Positions 1-13,031 of a stretch of DNA of 64,000 nt are shown in pieces. The position numbers were made by a program, and so were the translations under genes. Within the stretch, counting starts at the first letter, position 1, and every line of letters begins with the position of its first letter. The stretch is from Vermamoeba vermiformis (lineage: Eukaryota), in contig JBEWZL010000008.1 of NCBI GenBank assembly GCA_045837725.1, positions 124,001-188,000 of the forward strand. The letters are read 5' to 3'. The notes below the pieces were generated by a model. The model had not been told where the DNA came from and did not search any database. It saw only the letters and a list, made by a program, of their open reading frames with translations.

Positions 1-2325
1 AGACGATTCTGTTCTCGATGCAGCTTGGGAATACTTGAGCAAAGTGCCTGAAAAAGAATTGAGTGACTTTTTGACCTTTTTAATTGAGACTTGGGTCGAT
101 AGTCTCGGTACGTTTAGTGTATAATAATATATATATACCTATATGTATATTAACGATATTTATGGCACGCAGCTAGCGGACAAAAGAACACTGGCAAGAC
201 ATCCAAGTCGTCGATGATTGGTACGCAATGTGAATTCAATTAGAAATTAATATGCGAGGTGCATTATAATAGGCATAGTATTAATATGGACGTATTTGGT
301 ATTATAGGCCTCGGTATTCAAGTGTTGATGGACGTTATTTTGCGTCACAAACCTGAATTGATTGCTGGCGACAAATTCATCACTGACAAGTTCAAAAAGA
401 AATATATGCAACAGTACGTAGTCTATTAGCTCATAATAATATTTCCTCCTATTAATTTAGTGCAATCAAACCAAACGAAAAAATTAATATTTTTCAATTC
501 AAAATTCAATTGAAATTAGGCTTGTACAGTGCTCAATGCTTGATTTCACTTGATCAATGTAATCGATATTAATATTCATATATAGAGCCAATAACGTGCA
601 CTTGTTGAATGGCAAGACGTACGGCCATCAGATCTTGTACATTGCTGGTCAAACTTTGAAGTCAAATCAGCCTTATGTAGCGCTCTATTGTGAGTGAATA
701 ATATACACTGAACTATATATATACTAATACTATTTATTAGTGTGGTTCAAGCTGTTGTTGCCGACAATTTATGCCTCCAAGTCACTCGACACTCAGATCG
801 ACAAGGAAATTTTGTCCTTTGGCGAATTATTAGCTGCCATGTACGTACATAATATCGTTGTTATAATATAGCCAATAATTAATTATGGTATTAGTCCTAA
901 GGCCAAGTTCCGTTCGAGCGGATCTAGCTCCGAATATGCCTCACCGCGCGCCATTGAAATGTTGATTGAACTGCATTACAATCGCAACATTGCTTCCACG
1001 TATCCTTATTCACATTAGATATTATACTGCAACATGATTATGAATATTCATCATAATAATAACCACGCCCCTGTTATTCCTTAACATGACATTTCCAGCG
1101 ATGCCAAAGCCAAGTTAGAAGCGCTGTACAATCACGTGATTGTAAGTCAATTTGAATACAATAGCGCGCCTTATATAGGCAGCACCTAATGTTACTATAA
1201 TTAGAGCGTGGCCTTATTTGGCGATGACAAGTCCCCGCGTCGTTATTTCACCACACTGATGCGTCACGTGACTGAAGATCAGCCCATTCGTGAAGTTGTA
1301 AGTCACGCAGTCTTTGCATAAATTTCAGCAATCATTACCACGCCACGATGCCTTGCTGACACGTGTACTGTGCAGATCTCAGAGCTGTTGGTCAAGTCCA
1401 TGCTGCGTGACGGCGGCTGCAGCAAAGTGTGGCGCGAGCACTATCACGAGATGATTCCGCAATCGAACAACTTGTGCTTGTATTTCTTGGAGAACTTGGA
1501 CAAGATCAAGGGCGAGGTACGTGTCAATTCTGCGTGCTCGACGGGCACTGCTTCTGAATACATATATCGAGTATATATATACATACTCTAGTATTGTATT
1601 CTCATCGGTATTTATCGTTAGAAACGCGGTGCCAATTTGTTGCGCGAGACCTATGAGAACGTGAAACATTTCATTGAAGTCAACGAGGCCCTCAAACAAG
1701 GCACGCACACCGTTGTCAAGGACGGCAAGACTGTCAAGGTATGTACTATATTAATAGTAGCATCAAGATCAGCGGGCCAGTTTAGATCTGGGATGTGGAT
1801 CTTTTGCACGGCTAGACAAATTTTTTTCGATTTGAAATCAACAACAGGCCTTAGTTTAGTGGTAGAACGGAGGGCTGTAGTCCCTTAGACGTCGGTTCAA
1901 TTCCGGCAGGCCTGAATACCCTGGTCAATTTCTTTTTTTTGGTTTCTGTTCATTTTCCCGGATCCAGATCTTTTCGCTTTAATCGTGTCTACGAGGTACC
2001 TAACGCTGCTTTTTAGATTATTGTTGATCAAGACGAACTTGCTCGCTGCGACGCGACCTGCCACGAGTTGTCCCGTGCCCTCTACAAAGCAGGAGTGCGC
2101 AGCGGCAAGGACAAGACAGCGCGCGGAGGCTCAGGACTGTTCGTGTTCTTGTTGCTGTTGGTGCTCGTGCTCGGAGTGCTCGTCTCACTCGGCGGTGTTG
2201 GTCCTTTGGCACCTATCGCCGACAAGTACGCCGTTCAGTTGGGCATCACTCACGCACAACTGAAACCGTTGCGAGATCTCGTCGCTCGTTTGCTGGCTGC
2301 TGGCAAACCTTGGATCAAATTGTGA
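1..2325 (+). CDS. TMEM214: TMEM214-like membrane protein, multi-exon, 5' end outside window
   Basis: Spliced peptides (VWFKLLLP; KLEALYNHVI..ALFG..RRYFTTLM; CSKVWREHYHEMIPQSNNLCLYFLENL; LRETYENVKHFIEVNEAL) resemble TMEM214/DUF2359 as recalled. C-terminal hydrophobic helix (LFVFLLLLVLVLGVLV); stop at 2323-2325. Confidence 0.7.
1845..1915 (+). tRNA. trnY-GUA: tRNA-Tyr(GUA), intronless, inside intron 1739-2017 of the TMEM214-like gene
   Basis: Full cloverleaf: acceptor CAGGCCT/AGGCCTG plus discriminator A, D stem GTTT/GAAC, anticodon stem GAGGG/CCCTT with loop CTGTAGT, T arm GTCGG-TTCAATT-CCGGC. C1-G72 and A73 are Tyr identity elements; T-run terminator at ~1929-1940. Confidence 0.95.
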
Positions 2326-2388
2326 AGAAATTACGTGTGAAAAATATCAAAAACTAAAACAACAATTATTTATCAGTACAAACCTCGT

Positions 2389-3905
2389 TTATTGTTTTTG
2401 TTGAGGCACGCAGTTCTCATTGTACACGACACTCGTCATATTTACAGTGATTTCGAGTGGTTGGTCGTGCAAGTCTTTCTTAGCATCGCTCTCACTGGGC
2501 AGAATGGGCGCGAGAGTGAGTGGTTTGACATCAGGCTGGACCCACGAGCTCAGTGCTGTCGGCGTGAAGATGACTGCAGGTGTGTAGTACTCGAGGTGCA
2601 GTCGTCCGTTAGTGAGTTGCGGATGTCGTGCGACAAAGTGTTCGAAAGATTCAGCTTGTGATTTGTTCTCGTTCAAACACTCGCGGATGATGGTCACCCA
2701 GAATATCGTCATTGTTAAATGGAACGGTTTGGTATTGCTCACTGCTGCGTTGTAAGTACGAATACCTATCATATGAACATTAACATAATTCTCTAATGCA
2801 TAATTCAGCCGTACCATTGATAATTTTCTGTTGCGCGAGGACCGGATCTTGGAACAACGTCAAATACAGCCACGCTACTCGTAAGTGATTCTTATGCCTC
2901 CATTGTGGAATAGGCTACAGGGATGTTATATAAATGTATTTGGTATCATATCACATGTGCTGCACGTACCAGCATAGTGTCTTCAAATGCCTTCAAGAAC
3001 ACGACGTCATCTTTCAACTCTTCGTCTGACGGTAATTTAACGAGGTCTTTGCTCTTATCTCCATCAGTCTTATTGTTCGTAGTATTATTATTAGTGCTAG
3101 TCTTGTTCTTAAAGAACGGATTTAATCGGTTCAACAAGTTCCAGCGGGATGTGCCTTGATTACTCTCCTGCTTCAACGTTTGTCCTAGCCAGTCCAATCC
3201 TTCATATAATCCATCGCCAGATGTTGCAGAGCTGGGTTGAATAAACCACTTCCGTCCATCTAATTAATGTAATTAGCATATTTTCCGTTAAGGCAGTTTT
3301 TTCGTACTTAACACTTGATCCAGGCCTAAAACTGTTGTAATCTCCTCAATGGTCATAACGTTGGGCAAATCCATCTTATTGGCGAATATTAAGAACGGAA
3401 TTCCCTTTAAATCCTCCTCTGCAGATAATTAGAGAAAAGTTAGATGTGGTAATGTACTTGCCTTCAACTAGCTTTTTCATTTCGTAGTCGATAGTATCAA
3501 ATTTCTCCTTAGCAGAAGCATCAATCACGAATACAACGGCTGAAGTATTTTGGAAGTAATGGCGCCATAACGGTCGAATCTGGTTGGAAAATTAAAATTC
3601 AATTCCGAATTATTATTCATTTCAAATAATTTAGGCCACAATTATTTTGAACAAATTATTAATACCTTATCTTGACCACCCACATCGAATACAGTGAATG
3701 ATGTTGTTTGATAGTGTACGGTCTCTACACAGAATCCAATCACGGGCACATTTTCGGTGATGTCGCCCAATTTTAATTTGTACAATATCGTGGTCTATTA
3801 ATTATTAGCACGGAATAATATAATTATTGCTTCTAGTACCTTTCCTGCTCCATCCAGACCAACCATCAAGACTCGATCTTCTCTCTTTTTGAACGCGTTA
3901 CCCAT
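2389..3905 (-). CDS. Arf-family small GTPase fused to a C-terminal uncharacterised domain (multi-exon)
   Basis: MGNAF N-terminus (myristoylation type), [45 protein letters not shown]. Frame continues through exons encoding [14 protein letters not shown]...FHLTMTIFW...EYYT...WVQPD to the stop at 2389. Confidence 0.85.
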
Positions 3906-4534
3906 TGCGTGTTGTTTTTGCTTTATTGACTAGTACGCTATGTAGATTGCTCGTGCCAAGTGTTTTGTTTTAACTTTAATTTTCATTGAAACAAAGACGT
4001 CAGCAACTTTTTTTTTTAGCTTTATTTGGACTTGGTTCTCATTTTATTACTCAATGAATATAATAAATATAAAAAGGAGAAGTATTCAATGTGATGTCAA
4101 TAGGCAAAGTAATAAATTAACGCAATGAGAGAACAGCAGGCCCCGTGGTTTACCTTTCTTCCTTATTCAGAGCAAGCGAGTACACATGATTCAGCTTCAT
4201 AATGTATACTCGCTCGAAGAACACATCAAAGACATTTCACCCGAGGTGATCGTCACTGGTGTGCGTGGCAAACCAACGGGCATTGACAATCCAGCGACGT
4301 TCATTGCTGAGCCAATAGCAGGGCCCATGAGTAGTTCCCATCAGCTCGTTGAATCTGCCTCCGTGCTGGCTTTGTTGCTGGTACCTCTATTGTAATTCTA
4401 TTGCTAAAAAAGGAAATCAACAGTATTCGAATGTCGAACATTTACTGTGCTATAATATATTACTTTGTACACCTCGCACGTCCATATGAAGACTAGACTA
4501 TTAACAACAAAATCACATTCAAAATGTGCACTGC

Positions 4535-6735
4535 TTAATTCACGCGCTGTGAGTTGGCCATGAAACGATGCACGGTGAATGCAGCCACGAGACCCAACAC
4601 AGCCACTGCACCGACCAACATGCTCTTGCCTGGGCACGAACACAATTAGTACTATGTTAATCGAACACCTTCTATTTGAGTACTCACCAGTGGAAACAGG
4701 CTCGTCATTGTATTCAACTTCTTCGGGCTCATCGCTCTTCTGTGACTTGACTGACTTGCTGCTGGACTTCAACTACGATAATAATATCATTATTAACATA
4801 CTTACACGAAAGAAAATTAGCACTCTATTTGACTTACGCTCTTGCCTTTCTTGGCTTTGGGGTCCTTTGTCGCGCCAGACTTTCCTTTTTTGGTATCTGC
4901 CTTGCTCTCTTCAGCGGCACGAGCAGCACGGGAGTGTTGTTTGTCTTGTTCGGCAATCAATCGCTCCATCACGTCTTCAGCAGGCACGTCATTTCTGAGT
5001 GCAGGATTGAGTTTGACAGCTGCTCTAAAGTGATCACGTGCTCGTCGCAAGTCTATGTCACGACCATCGATCTTCTCGCCCTTGAGCATCAACATGCCGA
5101 GCTGTATCAATGGTAATTAGTCTCAGCGAATCACAATGCATCCCACTCCGTACCTGCACGTGAGCTTCAGCACAGTTGCGGTCAGCTGCTTTCTTCCACC
5201 AGCGAATGGCGTTCTCAAAGTCACGCTTCTCTTTCACGTACAAGTTGCCTATTTTGTACAATCCAAATGGCTCGCCTTTGCTAGCTGCCTCGTTGTACCA
5301 TCGCTCTGATTCTTCGATATTTTTAGCTACGGTGCCCAGACCTACGGAATAAATATCGCCCAACTTGAGCATCGACCACTTGGAGTTGTGTTGTTCAATG
5401 GCCATTCTGCAAAGATGCAAATTAGAATCGGGTAAATTCAATGAACTTCAAGGCCAGTGCGTATAATACGTACTTCAAATATTTAACTGATGCGTCAGCG
5501 TCGGGTGTGACAACAGGCGGTTCATTTTGTCCAAAAATGTCAAGGCCTAAATATATTACAGCTAGTCGTTTTTGTGCCTACAGCAAGAGCGTTAGATCGG
5601 ATCCACACAACTTTAAAAATCATCATTAGAAGTACCTCTAATAGACCCGTGTTAGCGGCATTAATGTAATGTTGCAAACTCTTCTCTAAATTCTGCATCA
5701 ATGAGGTTTCAAATAATTTGCCGAGCTCGTATTCAGACTTGGGATCGATGTCAGTCGGATCCACCCGACCCTCTTTGACAAGTACAGCCCAGAACTCATG
5801 CTTGACCTTCTCTAAATGTATCGTCACTGTACTTGTGGAGCTCTCTATTTGCCACAACGAATCAAATCCATTTATAACTTCATATAATTTGCCCTAATTT
5901 AGAAAAGTCAGACAAACAACATTCAAAAAAGTAAAAAACCGCACAATAGTATTAATAGTATCAATAAATAGCATATAATATCATTATAATTCGCAAATTA
6001 TCGATTTCTTGCATTAACATGATATTGCAAATAAAATTTCGTCAGTGAGCTTAACGAGTGTCAGTCAAATATTTGCTGAAAATCTTTTGGACGAGCTTAA
6101 ACTCGTATTTATGGATTTAATTTAATAAACTAATAGTATAATTATGCTATTAATTGGCGCTACTATCTTACCTCGACATTTGGTGCCTTGCCGCGAATAC
6201 CAGCTTTAATTGTTGTGTTTGTCAACTGAATATCAAGATCACGCTTCGTGGTTCCGGCTATTATATAGGAATATTAGTCATATATACGCTATAAAATTCA
6301 ATTTGACGCTAGATCGCGAAGTAACTGTTCAGTGAACAGCGAAGGACCTTTTTCCGAACAATCTTTAGAAACGAAATATGACAGTGATATTATATTAGCA
6401 TATAATTTATGCATTATTATAATCAAGATTAATTGCTAGCGTTGGCATTTTGGCGAATTGTTAAGAGATCTAGCTTTGCAACATCAATTAACTCACCGCA
6501 ATTTCAAATATTTAAAAGAAAAATATTAAATACTATCGGCGCAAATATTTAGACGCGGTTGTTACTCGAATTATTTGCCGGTTAATTTAGCCAAATTAAA
6601 ATAAAAATAAAAATTGAGATCGAGCTTACCAGGAACTTTAAATGTGACTGTAACAGAATCTAGTGTTTGAATGAACGAGTAAATGCCTTCTTGGTCCTCT
6701 TCCGGAAAATAGGCAACACCTGTTGTTGGATTCAT
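4535..6735 (-). CDS. CS (p23/NudC-like) domain + Sel1-like repeat protein with C-terminal TM anchor
   Basis: YSFIQTLDSVTVTFKVP...SLWQIE...TIHLEKV..EFWAVL (CS domain); Sel1-type repeats (LGDIYSVGLGTVAKNIEESERWYNEAA; AIRWWKKAADRN); terminal MLVGAVAVLGLVAAFTV; canonical GT-AG junctions. Confidence 0.8.
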
Positions 6736-7243
6736 GGTCTACTTCAGCTGATCTCGCAATGCAAACAAGGCAATATACAAATTAATAAGCCACAGATATA
6801 TACACCAGTAGTGGACTTATAAGCAATCAAAATAAACAGAGAACAAGCTGGGCGAATCAATGCCGCCAAAAGTGAGTTCATTATTTTTTGTCCGTCAAAC
6901 TCAATTCAAGCACAACTGTTCTATTTTTGCGACGCAAGCGATTGTTATATCAGCATAAATATCATTGTACTGACGAGGTAATCTGACTTGATGCACACGT
7001 TAATGGTTTGTTTTTTTTCCGATCTCTCGGTCTTGTTCGGTCTTTATTAATTATCAAGCAAGTAAGAATAGAATCGAATTTAGTGTTAAAAATAGCAGAT
7101 TGACAGGCACCCGTCCTTCCGCTAAATTTCTCAAAACTCAAATTTAAATATTTTTGATCGCGATCCTAACACACATTTTACGTTTTTGATCTCTAAATGG
7201 ACAACGGAGTTATAATTGACAATATTTTAAACACTATTAACAT

Positions 7244-10200
7244 ATGGAAGCGAATATCTATGATTTTGCGGAGAAGAATGGCAGGGCGCTGCTCAAGGCA
7301 AAGCTAACCAGGTCAGATTCGGCGCAGAGCCAGAAGAACAACTTTGCCTCCTACTGCTTCATATTGGACCAGTCGGGGAGCATGGCAGGAAGACCATGGG
7401 ACACTATTAAGAAGATTATGGCGCAAGTTGAAGTCAGTCCTTTCGCGCATCTGACCACAGCCATTACTTACGCCGACAACTCACTCTTGTTCGAGCCACA
7501 TCGCCTCTCTGACGTTCAAAAGCAAGGCACTCTCGGCTGCACTAGCTTCGAATCTGCGATCAGAGAAATGCAGCGCTGGATGGTGAACCAAGACCAGACC
7601 AAGCCCTTGCACTTCTTTTTCATGACTGACGGTGAGGACAACGCGAGCAGAGATCTCAAGGGCGCGCAGAACTTGCTCAAGCGAACCATTGAAGAGTTCA
7701 AGCAAGACGTCGTCATCAACGTGATTGGCTTCTCGCGGGCCCAAGTGTCATTCTTGGATGAGCTGCGTCAACTCGGCAAGACCGACGGATTTCTCCGTTA
7801 TGCACTGGAGAACGAGGCCTTGGAGACCAAGTTGAGCGAATTGTTGGACTTTATTGAAGTCTCGATGCCCGTGACTGTACACTGCTCGTGGTTGAAGGAT
7901 CCGATCGTCACTCAGGCCACCGCCAGTGCCACCGAACCAAACAGCTATTCCATCGCTGAGTGGATCGACGTCATGCCACCAAAGTTTGACGAAGATGGCG
8001 ACGAGTCTTTGAAGCCGAAAGGTAAGTCTAACAGTGTTCCCTTGCGTTACTAGTCTTTGCTAATGTCATGTATTGCAGTCACTTTACTCGCAGGCAATGA
8101 CACCGCAATTGAATTGCCAGTAAAAGTGTGTTTGCCATCGATATTCGAGTACCTCTTGGAGCTTGAGCATCGCAAGGTCGATACGCTTGAAGACGCCAAG
8201 CACGTGTGCTGCGAGCTCGGTCAATTGCGTGCCTCCTCGTTCAGATTGCGCAACATGGCCATGCGCATGGAGTTCGAGGTCGCGTGTCAGGACTTGATGG
8301 AGAGAACCAACGAGTTCATCAAACTCAGCGCTGACTCTGCGCTATCAAGTGTCGCCATTACTGCGCTGAAGAAGGACTTGCAATACGACACCAAGTTCTC
8401 CAAGATGCGTGTACAGCGCAAGATGAACGTTCGTATTGCTGAGAACGCGCAAAGATTGTCCACCTTGGACGTAGACTTGGAGAAGTGGAAGAATGATTTG
8501 CAGCCTGAAGACATGGTCGCTGTGCCGTTGGATGGTTTCAACGAGGAGATCAAGTGTGAAATTTCGTGGAACTCCTTGGAGGAGATTATGAACGATCCGA
8601 ACGACTTGATTGGATTTGGTTTGCTCGTCGCACGTGGTGAGCACTTGCTCGACGCACCCACCACCATCAAAGTCGAGTCCATCAGCACCACTCTGATGAC
8701 CCGCTTGACCTTCGAAGAGTCATGGTTGCACCACTTGAACAACGCCGCTAGTGACCCTGGAGGTGGTTTCTCAGGCGAGGCCAAGCCGATGGTTGTAGGC
8801 AAGTCCCGCGAGCCAATCAACGCTTGGTTGCCGCTCTTCGTCAATCCAGCTCACGCTCGCAAAGCTCGTATTTTGATGCCAGTCTTGTTGGGTCAGTTGG
8901 TCATGTTGAACCCGTTCGGCTTTGACAAGTGGCAGAGCCGAGTATTGTACACCATTCAGGCTTCACTCATCGCGCAGCTCGCTGACAATGATCGGTCTCG
9001 TTGGATTGCCGAACAATTCACCATGTTGTGCACTGAACTGTTGCCGGCTCTGCAGCCAGTGATTTTCAGCGGTGACAACAGCTTGCAGAAGTTCATCTCC
9101 GATCCGGCCTTGCGAAACAAGACTTCGTGGCCAAATTTGTTGACTGTTGCCGGCCTAGCCATGTGCAGCACTCCAAAGAACGAGTGGATGTCGCGTGTCG
9201 TTGGAGATTTGTACCCAATCATGTGGCAAGAAGCACTTTACCGCAATGTCCGTGAGCACTTCAAGGGACAGCCAGCACTGCTCGTTGACCTGTTGAAGAA
9301 ACTCGTCTCATTGCAGCCTGATGAAGTACGTGAGATGACGCTCAAAGGTGAGGTCAAGGACGAGGTCTGGTCCTCGTGGTTCGAAGAGGGCTGTGACGCA
9401 TTGAAGATGCCTTCATATGTTGTCGAGGTACGTTATACATTTATTTCCTATACATTTATTAATTATTAATCTCTTTTGACAGGGATCGACCTTCGTTGCT
9501 CCAATCATGCGTGAATGGAACGAAGACACTGAGAAAATGTTCAGCGCTGAAATGACTGACAGAAAGTTGAGACCGTTCTACTTGGAGAACTCGATATCTA
9601 ACATGCGTCACTTGGCACCGAACATCAAGCACAAGGCATACAGATTGCCGCGTGAGTTCCAGTGGATGACCCTCGCGCACTGTCTCTACCGCGAGATCAC
9701 TGCGTCGATGGAAATTCCAGCACCGAAGCTTGAAGTGCCTGAGAGCTGGAACGACTGTCACGCGCAGCTCTTGTCGTGGATGATTCGTCGCTTGGAGGAC
9801 AAGAACAACGACAACCAAGTCTCCATCGAACTGATCGCGAAGCGTATTCTCGCCACTGATGATCCGATTGCATTTGCAGCCAAGTTGCGCCGTTACGCCC
9901 CGTTGAGATCCGGCAAAGTCTTCGAACAGATCGAAGAATTGCTTTCAACTGCTGACAACTTGCACTCGAAGCTTGAAGTCCTGTTGACGAACACTGTCGA
10001 TGCCCCGCACTTAGAGGCCAAGAACAGACGAGCTCTCTTGCTACACACCGTGTGGACTCCACCTTTGCACGTGTTCAAGCTCGCCGTTGCCACTCTCGGC
10101 AAGGCACGTGTGAAGGAGATTGAGCGCCTGTTCATTGACCAGCACATGATGGTCGGCCATCTCTATCGTGAGAGCGACATACCCAACAGACACGGTCACT

Positions 10201-10268
10201 GCAACTCACGTCCGAACTCGTCTTTGTCGTACAGATTCACTGGCTACCCGCATCCGTACGACGCTTAG
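7244..10268 (+). CDS. large vWA-domain protein (3 exons)
   Basis: MIDAS motif FILDQSGSM, T (GCTSF) and FMTDG. Three long ORFs joined by short introns (~8022-8078, ~9428-9482); ends with HLYRESDIPNRHGHCNSRP. Confidence 0.85.
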
Positions 10269-10838
10269 AGCAAAGCAAAATCTTCTTAGAGGGCAATCAA
10301 TGTGTATGTAAGCCCTTGTATAATGAACACTTTTGTTCCGAATAAAACGAGTTTATTTCGGTCATTTTATGTACAAGAGTCAAAACAGACAATTACAATT
10401 ATTTTTATCGGCCGATCCTGCTAAGTAGTATTTACAATTTTCATAAAGGTATTAATAAACAAAAAAAGGGTATTAAGTGAGTCAGAGTGATAGAGAGAAG
10501 ACAAGCGCCCAGATCTGCGCTACCGCCACCAGCAAATTCCGAACAAAGCTGCATCCAGAATGAACTATGACACAAGAACTGACCCGGGGCGTAAATCTAC
10601 TACTAACTCTACTAAATTAAAAGAGAGACTCAGTTATCTCTACCAAGTCCTCCCGTCACACTTTCAAGTTATCAGTAAATTTACACTCGATCAGCCACAT
10701 CAAGCCACCGTCCACTCGAGACACAGCTCGTTCTTTCAAAACCGATGTGATAAAGCAAATTGATACTTACTTATACTTCTCTATCAAACTCCTTGATATA
10801 AAACTATTCACAGGTTATTAGCGGATGTAGCACGGGAG

Positions 10839-11966
10839 TTAATCGTCGTAAAGATCGTCTTGCACCTTCAAAAACTCGCTCGTAGGTGTAGCTCTGAAGA
10901 ACTTGAAGCAGCGAGAAGGTGGGTACTTGACTATGAACAAGCTGTGGTTCTCGAATTGCTTCAGATCCTTGTACTCTTTCGGCAGATTCGACAATCGATT
11001 GCCCGCAATGATGAGACCTTGCAGGGCTTGCAGCTTGTTGATTTCGCTGGGCAGTGTGCTAATCTTGTTGTTAGACACGTCCAGGAAGCGCAGAGTAGTG
11101 AGCGAGCAGATCCACTCGGGCAAGACACGCAGCTGGTTCTTGCTCAAGTTGATTCGCTCAACTCGATCTAGATGCGACAGAGACTTGGGCAGCTCGCGCA
11201 ATTCGTTGCCTTGTAAGAAAAGTTCGCTGAGGCTGTTGAAGATGTTGCCAAAGTTCGTTGGAAGCAAAGCCAATTTGTTCGCATCGAGCTCGAGCTTTTT
11301 CAGACTTGCAAACGCGGCGTATCTTGAACCACTTTCAACTGCTGAGCCGATTGACGCGTCGATATCGAGCTCTTCGATGCCATTCTGCGATAAAGCAAGC
11401 TCTTGCACTCGAGGAAGCAGCTTGGTAACAGATGGAAAAGCAGTGAATCTGTTGTTCTTGAGGTTGAGTTTCAGTAGGTTCGACATGTCCTTCATGCCAT
11501 TCGGTAGCATAGACAGGAGGTTGCCGCTGAGGTCCAACTCTTCTAACTGGTTCAGACGTCCGATTTGTTCGGGCAAAGTAGCAATCTGATTGTTGGCCAG
11601 ATTAAGCTTCTTGAGATGCGAAAGGTTCTCTACAAACGCGGGCAACTCCGTCAGCTTGTTGCCGCTCAGATCCAGTTCGACGACTTGCGAGAAATGTTGC
11701 AAAGCCAAAGGAACTTCAGTCCATCCCATGTTCGCCAGATTCAGCGAGATTTTGCGGGAAGCAGCGAGAGGAATCAAATCTTCTAAGCCATGAATATTTT
11801 GAGTGCTATCGGCAGCACTTTCTACAACGTTCAACGGATATGAGTAAGCCCGTCGACGATGATCAATTGAAGCCCCCCTCACTGGGGGCAAGGGTATATG
11901 CGGGATTTCGCCTTCTTCGTTATTATCCATCATCAGTATAGAGACAAATACTGTCGTATTGAGCAT
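10839..11966 (-). CDS. leucine-rich repeat protein
   Basis: 375-aa ORF with about 11 LxxLxLxxNxLxxLP repeats; true start may be the MMDNN ATG near 11933. Confidence 0.9.
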   Translation of the reverse strand: MLNTTVFVSILMMDNNEEGEIPHIPLPPVRGASIDHRRRAYSYPLNVVESAADSTQNIHGLEDLIPLAASRKISLNLANMGWTEVPLALQHFSQVVELDLSGNKLTELPAFVENLSHLKKLNLANNQIATLPEQIGRLNQLEELDLSGNLLSMLPNGMKDMSNLLKLNLKNNRFTAFPSVTKLLPRVQELALSQNGIEELDIDASIGSAVESGSRYAAFASLKKLELDANKLALLPTNFGNIFNSLSELFLQGNELRELPKSLSHLDRVERINLSKNQLRVLPEWICSLTTLRFLDVSNNKISTLPSEINKLQALQGLIIAGNRLSNLPKEYKDLKQFENHSLFIVKYPPSRCFKFFRATPTSEFLKVQDDLYDD

Positions 11967-13031
11967 TGGCTAGATAGAATTCGTTAGATTGAGGGAAAAC
12001 TGAATCAAAACTAGAAAGTCTAAAAATTGAGTAAAACTTGGCAAACCGAAATCATAATAATTAATATGTTATTTGACCTCGATAGTAGTGTTAAATTTAA
12101 CTCTAACCAACTTCTCGCATTTAGATTAACTTTTCCGACAAAGCTTGCCCGAACCGTCGTTTATTTTTAAAAACATGAAAAAATAATTCTAATATTATTA
12201 AATAATATGATGTGTTCATAAGATTGCATCGGGCAAGGTTACAATCGTTCTTGAAATTGAAATCGAGCGGACTTACCTAAAAAATTGAGCAAGGATTTCA
12301 CCATTTACGTCCAAAAAACTCAGAACCCCCCCTTCAATGGTAGTAAGTTGAGCTTGTGGCCGTTGACTTGTTGCAATCAAAGGATTTATGATAGGAATAA
12401 AAGCAAAGCAAAAACGAAAAAATTTTTTATGCGGCTCCACGTGGCCCTACAAAATCACAAGTAACCGCTTTCAATGAACATTTAGATTCTGCTTAGCACA
12501 CTTAACACCACCAAGCCTTAAAGGGTCGTACCGCGGTAACATGCACATCTAGCGAGTACCATTAGATCCAGTTTAAAATCACGAGATCTCGCACAAATCT
12601 TCGCGTGTTTCTCCAATAGCAGCGTGAGCGCAGGTAAAATTAGTCCGTCTCATGATCGAAGGAATTTCGGTGGGTAAGTCGCAAGTTGCTTAACCAAAGC
12701 CAGACTCACCATTGAGATGAACTCATAATAACCGTTATTCTGATCTCAGCAGCAAAATTACTAAAAAAATGCAGCGACATATATTGTGCAAGCAGAGCCT
12801 TCGGTGCTTCTTTATGCATCGTAAAATTATGCGCCGTGCCGAAGTTTATTTTAATTTTACCGTTGCAGAGCGTTATTATTTTTTGACCGAGGCAGGTCTG
12901 AAGTAGCAGCTGCGCTTAGAGCTAGGCACGCAACGGGCAGAAAAGATGTTGGATAAGAGCCGGCATATCATAAATAAGACTTATTCTTTACAGGAGGTCA
13001 CTAATGTGCACATGAAAACGAATATCAATTA

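Noticed and set aside
4186-4395. 69-aa ORF between the Arf and CS-Sel1 genes
   Set aside because: No recognisable motif or convincing gene structure; left unannotated.
7481-11793. Antisense ORFs overlapping the vWA and LRR genes
   Set aside because: Shadow frames expected from biased codon usage on the coding strand.
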